Shown piece after piece: positions 9,216 through 18,734 of a stretch of 64,000 bases of DNA (the stretch's first letter is position 1; every line of letters starts with the position of its first letter). The position numbers were made by a program, and so were the translations under genes. Under the pieces are notes generated by a model. The model worked only from the letters and a program-made list of their open reading frames with translations, was not told the DNA's origin and searched no databases. Source of the DNA: Tolypothrix carrinoi HA7290-LM1 (GTDB lineage: Bacteria > Cyanobacteriota > Cyanobacteriia > Cyanobacteriales > Nostocaceae); the NCBI GenBank assembly GCA_019358935.1, contig JAHHIK010000006.1, positions 32,001-96,000 of the forward strand, given 5' to 3'.

Positions 9216-9555
9216 AAGTACCTTCAAAGTACATAGTTTAATAACACGAGTAGATATTAATTGGTTTTAGGATTGGTAGTTATATTATATTTTAGCTTGA
9301 ATGGCTATTTTAGTTTCCTAATAAAGTGCCGACGCTTGCATGGTATCGAATAGATCAAGAATCGTTTCCTGATCGAGGTAAATATTATCAATTAAGCGAT
9401 CGCCTGAAAAATCTCCACTATGCGATCGCGTAAAGCCTTCGGCATGGCTACGCTTACCGCGCAGCGTGTCCGCAGGACTCAGTGACTCGCTTCTTTTGTA
9501 TAGCCTAATCTAACTTTATCATCAAGGCGATCGCTTGCTTTTTGTTGAAAAGCGT

Positions 9556-10524
9556 TCACGAAGTGATTAGAAATTCCTGAAAATCTGCCAGCGAATTGAC
9601 GGTAACGGCTCTTTCTAAAAGTTGTTTTAATAACGACAAATCCTCAATATTATTTATCATTTCTGTTAATTCTGTGGGGACTTCTCCGAAGCGCGATCGC
9701 AAAACAATAATTACCGATTCACGCGCAGTTTGTCTAGCTCCCTTCTCCATTCCTCTTAATTCCATATTGCTAAGTAATGGCATTGTTCTTTCCTCTTCGT
9801 AACGATTTAATCTTTGCTCAAAGCTTTGTGCTAACTCTCGCGGTAATGTCATCATTCTGTCAATTACCTGAAAGAGTTTGATAATCTCTCCGCGTTGATA
9901 ACCTTTCTCATACAATCCGCGAACAATATTCCATTTCCAACGTTCTCTTTCCTGGGGTTTACCTGTAGTTGCTTTGGTTTTCAAATGTGCCATTACTATG
10001 ATGGCAAAAGGATTATCGCTTTGTTGTAAACTTTCCCATGCGGGTTCGTAATCTAATAATTTGATGGTGGGAAATTTCAGATTAACTTCACAACCAGCGA
10101 ATGCATAACCATAGGATGAAGGACGCCAGTTTAAACGTTCATCGCCCAAAATGGCTAAACTAATTACAGGTCGTTGGTAAAGGTCAAACGCCCGATAATT
10201 ATAAATATACATCCGTTTGCTAAAGTCAGATTCTTCTTGACTTTGCACTTCAGTATGAATCAATACCCATACTTCTTGATTGTCGCGCAGCCACACTTGA
10301 AATAATTTATCGGCATAGCGCGAACCGATGTCAGATGATGCGGTGATTTGTTGTAATTCTTTATCAAGTGACTGTGGCGGTTTGCTCCAGTCTATTAAAT
10401 CATGAACTTGGGGGAAAAAGAAGCCACAGAATGGCTGAAAATAATCGCCGTAGACGCGTAGCGGCTTGTCGTCAGACATCGCTTCTTTCCAAGGTTCATC
10501 ATAATTGGCGTTTGGTTCGTTCAT
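9556..10524 (-). CDS. Rpn/YhgA-like (PD-(D/E)XK, DUF4351-type) putative transposase/nuclease
   Basis: YDEPWKEA, RYADKL, LIHTEVQSQ, RMYIYNYR, NPFAIIVMAHL; contains a 27-nt in-frame repeat insertion. Confidence 0.8.
   Translation of the reverse strand: MNEPNANYDEPWKEAMSDDKPLRVYGDYFQPFCGFFFPQVHDLIDWSKPPQSLDKELQQITASSDIGSRYADKLFQVWLRDNQEVWVLIHTEVQSQEESDFSKRMYIYNYRAFDLYQRPVISLAILGDERLNWRPSSYGYAFAGCEVNLKFPTIKLLDYEPAWESLQQSDNPFAIIVMAHLKTKATTGKPQERERWKWNIVRGLYEKGYQRGEIIKLFQVIDRMMTLPRELAQSFEQRLNRYEEERTMPLLSNMELRGMEKGARQTARESVIIVLRSRFGEVPTELTEMINNIEDLSLLKQLLERAVTVNSLADFQEFLITS
10451..10477. repeat. 27-nt small dispersed repeat inserted in frame at a HIP1-like site
   Basis: CCG[TAGACGCGTAGCGGCTTGTCGTCAGAC]ATCGC; 26/27 identical to the copy at 31238-31264. 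Confidence 0.9.
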
Positions 10525-10622
10525 GCTCGTTTTGTCAATGCGTTTTTCCCCCAAAGCCACAACAAAAGTTGAGGGACACGAAATTATCGTGTCCCTCAAA
10601 AGATATATTTAACGCTAATAAA

Positions 10623-10781
10623 TTAACGCCGTTTGGGGGTGCGTCGTGTTTCGCGTTTTTCTTGTTCTCTCAAACGGCGATCGCGCCATTCGGAAACCGT
10701 CAAATAGCCAACACCGCCAGTTAGTGCCAACAATAGCACCAAGCCAGACAAAGCCAAAATGCTCAAGAATGGACTTTCCAC
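10623..10781 (-). CDS. Small single-TM protein (52 aa) immediately downstream of petN
   Basis: GTG start 7 nt after the petN stop; MESPFLSILALSGLVLLLALTGGVGYLTVSEWRDRRLREQEKRETRRTPKRR. Confidence 0.75.
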   Translation of the reverse strand: MESPFLSILALSGLVLLLALTGGVGYLTVSEWRDRRLREQEKRETRRTPKRR

Positions 10782-10788
10782 AATTTTC

Positions 10789-10878
10789 TTACAGTCCGTT
10801 GCGACCCCATACTACCATTGCAATTGACCAAGTGAACACAACCAACAGTGAAACCCAGCCCAATGTCAAAATCTCCAT
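10789..10878 (-). CDS. petN: Cytochrome b6f complex subunit 8
   Basis: Manual translation [29 protein letters not shown] (29 aa); AGGA RBS. Confidence 0.97.
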   Translation of the reverse strand: MEILTLGWVSLLVVFTWSIAMVVWGRNGL

Positions 10879-10968
10879 AGTCCTAATTCTTTAACTAATT
10901 TACAAAACGTCTCTAATATTTATGATACTGGGAATGGTCATTAGTCATTTGTTTCTTCCTCTGTGTTC

Positions 10969-11424
10969 ATGAAAGATACGAACGATATGGCTGAACGTCT
11001 AGAATCCCTGAAAGCTGGGATTTTCGGGGGATTATCTCTTTGTTTAGCCTTCCTGATTACCAGTTTTCTTAACAATCTGCTACTTGCAAAGTATTTTACA
11101 GCACTCAGCATTCTCAAGCTGAATACCCAGGATTGGCGTTGGTGGATAAGCGCTGTTATATCGTGCTTTTGTGGCTTGCTATTTGGTGTCACCTATCGCT
11201 ATATCATCCGTTCTGATGACAATCCGCAACTCAAAGCTGGGGGAGTGCTGGCTTTTGGGTTGGTGCGAGGTTTAACTCAGATAGATGTGGGACTTTGTTG
11301 TTATAGTACAATTTTGCCTTTTGTCGTGCTGGGTGCAGAAAGTGTTGTTTGGTTTGCGATCGCTGCGATCGCACTCGATACCGCCATAAAATTAGGCTGG
11401 ATTAAACCTTTTAAATCAACTTAA
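10969..11424 (+). CDS. Conserved cyanobacterial membrane protein
   Basis: ERLESLKAG, LFGVTYRYIIRSDDNPQLKAG, AFGLVRGL motifs; four hydrophobic segments. Confidence 0.8.
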   Translation: MKDTNDMAERLESLKAGIFGGLSLCLAFLITSFLNNLLLAKYFTALSILKLNTQDWRWWISAVISCFCGLLFGVTYRYIIRSDDNPQLKAGGVLAFGLVRGLTQIDVGLCCYSTILPFVVLGAESVVWFAIAAIALDTAIKLGWIKPFKST

Positions 11425-11454
11425 GTTGCAATACTTATTGATAAAACTCATTAT

Positions 11455-12018
11455 ATGAAAACTGATAGATCCTCCTATTTTTTAATAATAGATTTAGAAG
11501 CTACTTGCTCTGATGATGGCATTATTCCGCGTCATCAAATGGAAATAATCGAAATCGGTGCGGTGATGCTCAACAGAGCAACATGGGAAATTGATTCAGA
11601 ATTTCAGCAATTCATTCAACCTGTAATAAATCCGCAATTAACAGCTTTTTGTACAGAACTAACTAGCATTTATCAAAAAGATGTTGAATTAGCCCCAAAA
11701 TTTCCGGAAGCAATGTCTTGCCTCCAAGAATGGATTAAATCATTTCCCAAGTATGTTTTTTGCTCTTGGGGAAACTATGATAAAACGCAATTTATTCAAG
11801 ATTGCAAACATCACAATGTTCCTTATCCTTTTGGTTCAGAACACAGAAACATCAAAAAGGAATTTTCCGAATATCTGGGTGTATCTAAAGGGTTTGGCAT
11901 GGCGCAGGCTCTACAACAGCTTGGGCTAGAATTGAAGGGTACACACCATCGCGGGATAGATGATGCCCGCAACATTGCTGCAATATTTCGACATATGAAC
12001 AGTAAAAATCCCAGCTAA
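11455..12018 (+). CDS. DEDDh 3'-5' exonuclease (ERI-1/KapD-like)
   Basis: IIDLEATC, EIIEIG, WGNYD, HHRGIDDA. Confidence 0.9.
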   Translation: MKTDRSSYFLIIDLEATCSDDGIIPRHQMEIIEIGAVMLNRATWEIDSEFQQFIQPVINPQLTAFCTELTSIYQKDVELAPKFPEAMSCLQEWIKSFPKYVFCSWGNYDKTQFIQDCKHHNVPYPFGSEHRNIKKEFSEYLGVSKGFGMAQALQQLGLELKGTHHRGIDDARNIAAIFRHMNSKNPS

Positions 12019-12108
12019 TCTTGTTTTGAGTTGTTTAAAATAACAATTGCAACATTGATGCATATTAACAACAATACTTAGTAGTAAAATTTTCTGGGTA
12101 AAAATCGT

Positions 12109-13491
12109 ATGCAACTAATCAACCCTGTCAAAACTCCCGCTTTTATCCAAAGGTTCCAGTGGGTAGCCGATCCTGTGGGATATATGGAAACCGCAGTAAA
12201 AGAATATCCTGATATTTTCACTGCTAAAGTCATAGGTTTTGGCGGCACTTTAATATTCGTCAACCATCCCCAAGCGCTGCAAGAAATTTTAACAAATGAC
12301 CGCAAAAAGTTTGCTGCTCCCGGTGATGTGAACGAAATTCTACAACCATTACTAGGTGATTATTCGGTTGTCATGCTCGAAGGCGATCGCCACAAAAAGC
12401 GGCGACAATTAGTAATGCCTTCGTTTCACGGTGAACGGATGCGAAACTACGGTGAATTAATCCGTAATATCACTGAAAAAACGATTAGTAATTTACCACA
12501 AAATCAGCTTTTTTTAGCTCGGAATGCAATGCAGAAAATCTCCCTGCAAGTCATCATAGAAGCGGTTTTTGGCTTGCATGAAGGAGAACGTTGTCAAGAA
12601 CTTAAACGCGGACTGACAACAATGTTAGATTTGTTTCGTTCGCCACTGAGTTCTAGCTTTTTGTTTTTCCCTTCCCTGCAAAAAGATTTAGGTGCTTGGA
12701 GTCCTTGGGGAAAATTTGTACGCGATCGCGCCGCAATTGATAAAATAATTTACACCGAAATTGCTGAACGTCGCTCTTCACCCGATCCAAATCGCATTGA
12801 TATCCTCTCCCTGCTGATGTCAGCGCGGGATGAACAGGGAAATCCGATGACCGATAGAGAGTTGCGCGATGAATTGATGACCATGTTATTTGCTGGACAT
12901 GAAACCACCGCAACTGCAATGGCTTGGGCATTATATTGGACTCACCATCAGCCAGAAGTTCGTCACAAAATCCTGCTTGAACTCGATACCTTGGGTGATT
13001 CCCCAGATCCGATGAGCATTTTCCGGCTACCTTATCTCACCGCTGTTTGTAATGAAACCTTACGAATTTATCCTGTAGCCATGTTGACTTTCACCAGAGT
13101 CGTGCGAGAAAGTGTGGAACTACTGGGACATAAATTAGAGCCTGGTACAAACGTTATTGGCTGCATCTATCTAATTCATCACCGTGAAGATTTATATCCA
13201 GAACCCAAGCAGTTTAAACCAGAGCGCTTTTTAGAACGGCAATTTTCTCCCTATGAGTTTATACCCTTTGGTGCTGGTGCGCGTCGCTGTATTGGTGATG
13301 CTTTAGCTCAGTTTGAAATGAAATTAGTATTGGCAACAATTTTGTCACGCTATCAACTAGCGCTAGCTGATAATCAACTAGAAACGCCTCGGCGTCGAGG
13401 TATCACCCTTGCACCTGCCCGTGGTGTGAAGATGGTAATTACCGGGCAGCGTGTGCGGAAAGAATCGCAATTGACTATGGCGAGTACTTGA
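12109..13491 (+). CDS. Cytochrome P450 (CYP110-like)
   Basis: AGHETTA I-helix, ETLR, PERF, FGAGARRCIG heme-binding motif. Confidence 0.95.
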   Translation: MQLINPVKTPAFIQRFQWVADPVGYMETAVKEYPDIFTAKVIGFGGTLIFVNHPQALQEILTNDRKKFAAPGDVNEILQPLLGDYSVVMLEGDRHKKRRQLVMPSFHGERMRNYGELIRNITEKTISNLPQNQLFLARNAMQKISLQVIIEAVFGLHEGERCQELKRGLTTMLDLFRSPLSSSFLFFPSLQKDLGAWSPWGKFVRDRAAIDKIIYTEIAERRSSPDPNRIDILSLLMSARDEQGNPMTDRELRDELMTMLFAGHETTATAMAWALYWTHHQPEVRHKILLELDTLGDSPDPMSIFRLPYLTAVCNETLRIYPVAMLTFTRVVRESVELLGHKLEPGTNVIGCIYLIHHREDLYPEPKQFKPERFLERQFSPYEFIPFGAGARRCIGDALAQFEMKLVLATILSRYQLALADNQLETPRRRGITLAPARGVKMVITGQRVRKESQLTMAST

Positions 13492-13528
13492 GGAAAAGGG
13501 ACAGTAACCGACACTAATATGAAGTCCG

Positions 13529-13585
13529 GTAGTGAGGACTGAAGTCCTTATCAAAAAAGCCAAGGACTTCAGTCCTTACTACGAA
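13529..13585. repeat. Palindromic GTAG/CTAC-type repeat
   Basis: GTAGTGAGGACTGAAGTCCTT...AAGGACTTCAGTCCTTACTACGAA. Confidence 0.7.
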
Positions 13586-13628
13586 AGCGTATTTACGAGA
13601 GAATTAAATATAGCTCTAATTTGCCGAT

Positions 13629-13652
13629 ACTCCTACGGAGTCACTTTGTGAA
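13629..13652. repeat. 24-nt double-hairpin repeat inserted in a HIP1-like site
   Basis: CCGAT[ACTCCTACGGAGTCACTTTGTGAA]CGC; second copy at 17905-17928 splits a perfect GCGAT|CGC. Confidence 0.85.
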
Positions 13653-13655
13653 CGC

Positions 13656-14816
13656 ATGAAAAATATCTCTCGTATGCAGGCAGTGCAGTCTCCGATAATA
13701 CCTGTCGTTGGCGAATTAATTAAAAGCAATCCTGGAACCATTTCTTTAGGACAAGGTGTTGTTTCATACAATCCGCCACCCGAAGCAATCGAGCTTTTGC
13801 CGAAATTCCTCGCTGAACCTGCTAATAATTTATACAAAGCTGTTGAGGGAATTCCTCCTTTGTTAGCAGCAATTGAAGCAAAATTGCAAGCCTTTAACAA
13901 GATTGAAATTAACGACGAAAACTGCATAGTTGTTACCGCCGGCAGTAATATGGCGTTTATGAATGCCATTCTCGCTATCACATCAATCGGCGATGAAATT
14001 ATTTTAAATACGCCTTATTATTTTAATCATGAAATGGCAACGACAATGGCAGGTTGTCATCCGGTGTTGGTAGAAACCGATGAAAATTATCAATTGCGAG
14101 TGGATGCGATCGCCCAAGCCATAACATCAAAAACAAAAGCAATCGTCACCATTTCACCTAATAATCCCACTGGTGTTGTTTATTCTGAAGAATTGTTGCG
14201 ACAAGTTAATCAAATTTGCTTTGAACGCAACATCTATCATATTAACGATGAAGCTTATGAATACTTTACCTATGACGGTGTAAAACACACTTCCCCTGGT
14301 GCATTTTCCGGAAGTAGTGAATACACCATTTCTCTATATAGCCTTTCCAAAGCTTACGGTTTTGCGAGTTGGCGGATTGGCTATATGGTGATTCCCAAAC
14401 ATTTGCTTGTCGCTGTTAAAAAAGTGCAGGATACGATTGTGATTTGTCCGCCTGTAATTTCTCAGTATGCAGCATTAGGAGCATTGCAGGCAAAAGAAGA
14501 GTATTTGAGGAATAATTTGGAAGCGATCGCCCAAGTACGCTATGACGTACTTAACTCACTCAACCGCCTACAAAATCAGTGTACCATCACCCCCGCCGAT
14601 GGTGCATTTTATTTTTTCCTCAAAGTTCATACTCAAATGGATACCTTTGAATTAGTTGAAAGACTAATTAAAGAACATCTTGTAGCAGTGATTCCCGGTA
14701 CAACCTTCGGCATGGATAATGGATGTTATCTGCGAGTTGCTTATGGTGCGCTGCAAAAAGAAACCGCAAAAGAAGGGATAGAAAGATTAGTCACAGGTTT
14801 GCAGACAATATTATAA
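13656..14816 (+). CDS. PLP-dependent aminotransferase class I/II
   Basis: SPNNPTG, DEAY, SLSKAYGFASWRIG (PLP lysine). Confidence 0.93.
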   Translation: MKNISRMQAVQSPIIPVVGELIKSNPGTISLGQGVVSYNPPPEAIELLPKFLAEPANNLYKAVEGIPPLLAAIEAKLQAFNKIEINDENCIVVTAGSNMAFMNAILAITSIGDEIILNTPYYFNHEMATTMAGCHPVLVETDENYQLRVDAIAQAITSKTKAIVTISPNNPTGVVYSEELLRQVNQICFERNIYHINDEAYEYFTYDGVKHTSPGAFSGSSEYTISLYSLSKAYGFASWRIGYMVIPKHLLVAVKKVQDTIVICPPVISQYAALGALQAKEEYLRNNLEAIAQVRYDVLNSLNRLQNQCTITPADGAFYFFLKVHTQMDTFELVERLIKEHLVAVIPGTTFGMDNGCYLRVAYGALQKETAKEGIERLVTGLQTIL

Positions 14817-14820
14817 ATAA

Positions 14821-14885
14821 TCTCACGCAAAGGCGCAAAGCCGCAAAGAAGAACGCTCTTTGCGTCTTTGCGTCTTTGCGTGAGA
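14821..14885. repeat. Inverted repeat element (CGCAAAGN)n / (CTTTGCGT)n, possible terminator
   Basis: TCTCACGCAAAGGCGCAAAG...CTTTGCGTCTTTGCGTGAGA; a related copy lies inside cobN at about 51608-51670. Confidence 0.75.
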
Positions 14886-15005
14886 CTCCTCTTTATTAAA
14901 TCTTGAAAATTTTCCGAAATCCTCCGGTTACGGCTTGTAGAATTCTCTGCAAAAGAAAAAACTCAATTCTTGCCTGTCGCCAATTAAGCTAAAAAGCAGA
15001 AATAC

Positions 15006-16385
15006 GTGTCTAGATTCTCCCAGCGAAAAACCCAAGGTTGCATCAAATTGGTATCCTGGTCAATCACAGCCGCAATAACATTAGGGCTGGTAGTCAGTAT
15101 ACCAGGAGAAGTTACAGGACAATCTCAACCGCCACTGTCAGCACAACAATCAGCGGACTTAGAAGAAGCCACGCGACTGAATCAACAAGTAGAGCAGTTG
15201 TACAACGAAGGTAAATACAGTCAAGCCATCCCCCTAGCAGAACGCGAACTGGCAATTTCGGAGAAAGTACTGGGTAATGTTCATCCCTCTGTCGCTCTTA
15301 GCCTGAACAATTTGGCAGCATTGTACAAGGCACAGGGGAATTATCAAAAAGCTGAACCTCTGTATCTGCGATCGCTGGCAATTAACGAGAAAGCACTGGG
15401 TAAAGAACATCCCTCTGTCGCACGAAGCCTCAACAGTTTGGCACAACTGTACCATGCACAGGGGAGCTATCAAAAAGCTGAACCTTTGTATTTGCGCTCA
15501 CTGGCAATTAACGAGAAAGCACTGGGTAAAGAACATCCATCGGTTGCACGAAGCCTCAACAATTTGGCATTACTGTACGGGGCACAGGGGAGCTATCAAA
15601 AAGCTGAACCGCTGTATCTGCGATCGCTGGCAATTATGGAGAAAGCACTGGGTAAAGAACATCCTGATGTCGCACAAAGCCTGAACAATTTGGCTCTACT
15701 GTACGGGGCACAGGGGAGCTATCAAAAAGTTGAACCTTTATTAGTGCGATCGCTGGCAATTAGGGAGAAAGCATTGGGTAAAGAACATCCATCGGTTGCA
15801 CAAAGCCTCAACAGTTTGGCAGAATTATACCGAGTACAGGGGAGCTATCAAAAAGTTGAACCTTTGTATTTGCGATCGCTGGCAATTAACGAGAAAGTAC
15901 TTGGTAAAGAACATCCCTCTGTCGCACAAAGCCTGAACAATTTAGCACAACTGTACCATGCACAGGGGAGCTATCAAAAAGCCGAACCTCTGTTTGTGCG
16001 ATCGCTGGCAATTATAGAGAAAGCACTGGGTAAAGAACATCCCTCTGTCGCACAAAGCCTGAACAGTTTGGCTCTACTGTACGGGGCACAGGGGAGCTAT
16101 CAAAAAGCTGAACCTTTATTAGTGCGATCGCTGGTAATTAGGGAGAAAGCACTGGGTAAAGAACATCCTGATGTTGCACGAAGCCTCGGCAATTTGGCAT
16201 TACTGTACAAGAAACAGGGGAGCTATCAAAAAGCTGAACCGCTGTATCTGCGATCGCTGGCAATTATGGAGAAAGTACTCGGTAAAGAACATCCTCATGT
16301 TGCACAAAGCCTCAACAATTTGGCATTACTGTACTATACACAGGCTGACATTACCCGTGTGCTGACTACGAAAAAGATTTTTTAA
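15006..16385 (+). CDS. Secreted tetratricopeptide-repeat protein (42-aa kinesin-light-chain-type TPRs), probably C-terminally truncated
   Basis: Signal peptide, then about 9 near-identical 126-bp repeats (GKEHPSVAxSLNxLAxLYxxQGSYQKAEPL); ends abruptly at ADITRVLTTKKIF. Confidence 0.88.
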   Translation: MSRFSQRKTQGCIKLVSWSITAAITLGLVVSIPGEVTGQSQPPLSAQQSADLEEATRLNQQVEQLYNEGKYSQAIPLAERELAISEKVLGNVHPSVALSLNNLAALYKAQGNYQKAEPLYLRSLAINEKALGKEHPSVARSLNSLAQLYHAQGSYQKAEPLYLRSLAINEKALGKEHPSVARSLNNLALLYGAQGSYQKAEPLYLRSLAIMEKALGKEHPDVAQSLNNLALLYGAQGSYQKVEPLLVRSLAIREKALGKEHPSVAQSLNSLAELYRVQGSYQKVEPLYLRSLAINEKVLGKEHPSVAQSLNNLAQLYHAQGSYQKAEPLFVRSLAIIEKALGKEHPSVAQSLNSLALLYGAQGSYQKAEPLLVRSLVIREKALGKEHPDVARSLGNLALLYKKQGSYQKAEPLYLRSLAIMEKVLGKEHPHVAQSLNNLALLYYTQADITRVLTTKKIF

Positions 16386-16398
16386 ATACATTTAACAT

Positions 16399-16842
16399 AT
16401 GCCAATTATTAATAAATCTATTGAAATCGAAACTGAACAGGGAATTAATATCTACAATATCACAACGCAAATCAATGATTTTCTTGCCTCAACATCTATT
16501 AAAAATGGTCAGGTTTTAGTGTTTTCTCGTCACACTACAACTGCATTGGCTATCAATGAAAATGAAGAAAGACTGTTAGAGGATATCAAAGTCTTTTTGC
16601 AGAAATTAGCACCAGAGTCAGACCGATATTTGCATAATGACCTACACTTAAGAGTTGTGCCAGAAGATGAACCGATGAATGCTCATTCTCATCTCATGGC
16701 AATGATGTTGAGTACGAGTGAGGTAATTCCAATTGTAGATGGTAAATTAGCTTTGGGAACTTGGCAATCTGTGTTATTTCTTGAGTTGGATGGAGCGCGT
16801 AAAAGAACTGTGTTTTTCCAAATTTATGGTGACTATACGTAG
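16399..16842 (+). CDS. yjbQ: YjbQ/UPF0047 family protein
   Basis: HTTTALAINENE, NAHSHL, LGTWQSVLFLELDG. Confidence 0.9.
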   Translation: MPIINKSIEIETEQGINIYNITTQINDFLASTSIKNGQVLVFSRHTTTALAINENEERLLEDIKVFLQKLAPESDRYLHNDLHLRVVPEDEPMNAHSHLMAMMLSTSEVIPIVDGKLALGTWQSVLFLELDGARKRTVFFQIYGDYT

Positions 16843-17034
16843 GGTGCGTTATTAACGCACCATAATTTAATATTTTGGATGCCGTACACGATCGCGCTAA
16901 CACAACCTACTAATTTTAGACTTCAGTTAATATCATGTCTATTAAATTAATAGTAATAAAAACACCGCAATTATCGTAGAGACGTTCCAGTGGAAGGTCT
17001 CTACACGTTTCACTGAAACGTCTCTACAATGTTT

Positions 17035-17709
17035 TTAATCTAAGCTGAATTCTTCAAATTCTGTTTGCCCAAAAAGCATATTTTTATCTATTGCTGATAA
17101 TACTTGATTGTTAGCTTTGTCAGAATTTAAGCAACGACAAACTAACTGTGCGACATCTGCACGATGAATTATACCTGCAATGCGTGGATCTTGAGTTAAG
17201 ATTCCGTTTTGGGTTGCTGCTTCTGACTTTAATCCACCGGGACGAATAATAGTGTAAGTTAATCCACTGGCAATTAAGTGTTTTTCAGCTTTTTCTTTTT
17301 CTATTAAAACAGATCGCAATGTTTCTAATGCTTGTGGATTCAAGGCAACTACACTATCTCCACTACCTATAGAAGACACTAAAATAAATTTTTGTACTTT
17401 CGCTTTCACTGCTGCGTCAATCAGATTTTTATTGCCTAAGTAATCTACGCTTTCACTAACTTGAGGCAAACCACCAATAGTACTGATAACTGCGTCGATG
17501 GGTTCTCCCAGCATAGCACTTTCTACATCTTCGCTATTCAACGCATCTCCCAGAACTACCTCAACACCCATTGCTTCTAATTCATCACGAGTTGCTTCTG
17601 TTCTCAAAAGTGCTTTTACCTTTTGCTGTTGTGCAATTAAGCATTTGGCAATTTCTCTACCGACACCCCGACTTGCTCCAGCCAGAAAAATGGAAGATGC
17701 AGTTGTCAT
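17035..17709 (-). CDS. NAD(P)-binding atypical SDR oxidoreductase
   Basis: GASRGVG Rossmann motif, YTIIRPGGL, IHRADVA. Confidence 0.88.
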   Translation of the reverse strand: MTTASSIFLAGASRGVGREIAKCLIAQQQKVKALLRTEATRDELEAMGVEVVLGDALNSEDVESAMLGEPIDAVISTIGGLPQVSESVDYLGNKNLIDAAVKAKVQKFILVSSIGSGDSVVALNPQALETLRSVLIEKEKAEKHLIASGLTYTIIRPGGLKSEAATQNGILTQDPRIAGIIHRADVAQLVCRCLNSDKANNQVLSAIDKNMLFGQTEFEEFSLD

Positions 17710-17904
17710 GGTTATTTTTTGAATAGATGCGATATTCTCAACAATTAATAAATATATCTTTCTTTGGTTATCATAACTCTCGGTAGCCAAAAATTTCTAT
17801 CTATTTATACAATCATCTATCTTTATAGGGAGAATAATTTCATCCGGAAGATAGAGTTAAACTTGATACAAAACTATCTATCGAGCAATTATACTTAAGG
17901 CGAT

Positions 17905-17928
17905 ACTCCTACGGAGTCACTTCGTGAA
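17905..17928. repeat. 24-nt repeat inserted in HIP1
   Basis: GCGAT[ACTCCTACGGAGTCACTTCGTGAA]CGC. Confidence 0.85.
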
Positions 17929-17993
17929 CGCACGAGGAACTTTTACAGGCGATCGCGTCTGATTATTATAATTAAATCTTTGAGGACACACTC

Positions 17994-18353
17994 ATGGCTA
18001 AAAAACCGGAAAAAAACTTCCACCAACCTGAAGATATCCGAGTTACAGCTACCACAAAAATCTGGGGCTTGACTGTGGGGATTTTAGCAATTTGTGTTCC
18101 CCTTTCGGTTGTCACCAAAAGTGGTGCAATTATACCATTAGCGGCGATTGGTGGCGCAGGAGTTGGTACGGTGGCTGTGTGGCGTTCTGGTGATAAAAAA
18201 TACCAAAATAAGCTTTTGTCACCGCAGCAGGTGGAACTTTTAGAACAACGCATCGCTGACTTAGAAACAATTGTCAGCGGTGAGGAGTTTGATTTGCGGA
18301 TGAAAATTAAACGATTACAGGCAAAGGAAAGCGATCGCCAAGAAGAAAATTAA
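17994..18353 (+). CDS. Hypothetical membrane protein with a coiled-coil tail
   Basis: GAGGA RBS; two TM segments; LEQRIADLETIV. Confidence 0.75.
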   Translation: MAKKPEKNFHQPEDIRVTATTKIWGLTVGILAICVPLSVVTKSGAIIPLAAIGGAGVGTVAVWRSGDKKYQNKLLSPQQVELLEQRIADLETIVSGEEFDLRMKIKRLQAKESDRQEEN

Positions 18354-18734
18354 CAAATCCTGACTTTACTATCTTTACTTATACAACTTAATGCGCGGCT
18401 GTTGCAGCGACAATCATAGATTGATACTATCACTCTCTGCGTGGCGCGTGATTCTTAATGAGTATTATTTCGGGTTTGTCTCACTAGAGACAGTCTCATA
18501 TTTTCCAGATAAGTTAGAATTAATTTCCAACGTCTAATTTATTTATACGCTCTTGCTGATGGTTGACAAAGTATCTTATAGCTCAAATAGATTATTGCTT
18601 TCTGTTAGACCATAAGTAATGCTTGTGTTACCCTAACTGCTCAAATTACTCAATCAATTTACATTCGTCTTATAAACTTGAGTAATTGCTTTGGTATAGC
18701 TTACCGTAGGTATGCATTCTTTGTGCCGCAAAAC

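Noticed and set aside
15250..16340. Diversity-generating retroelement template/variable repeats
   Set aside because: These are ordinary 126-bp TPR coding repeats; differences are not adenine-specific and no reverse transcriptase is present.
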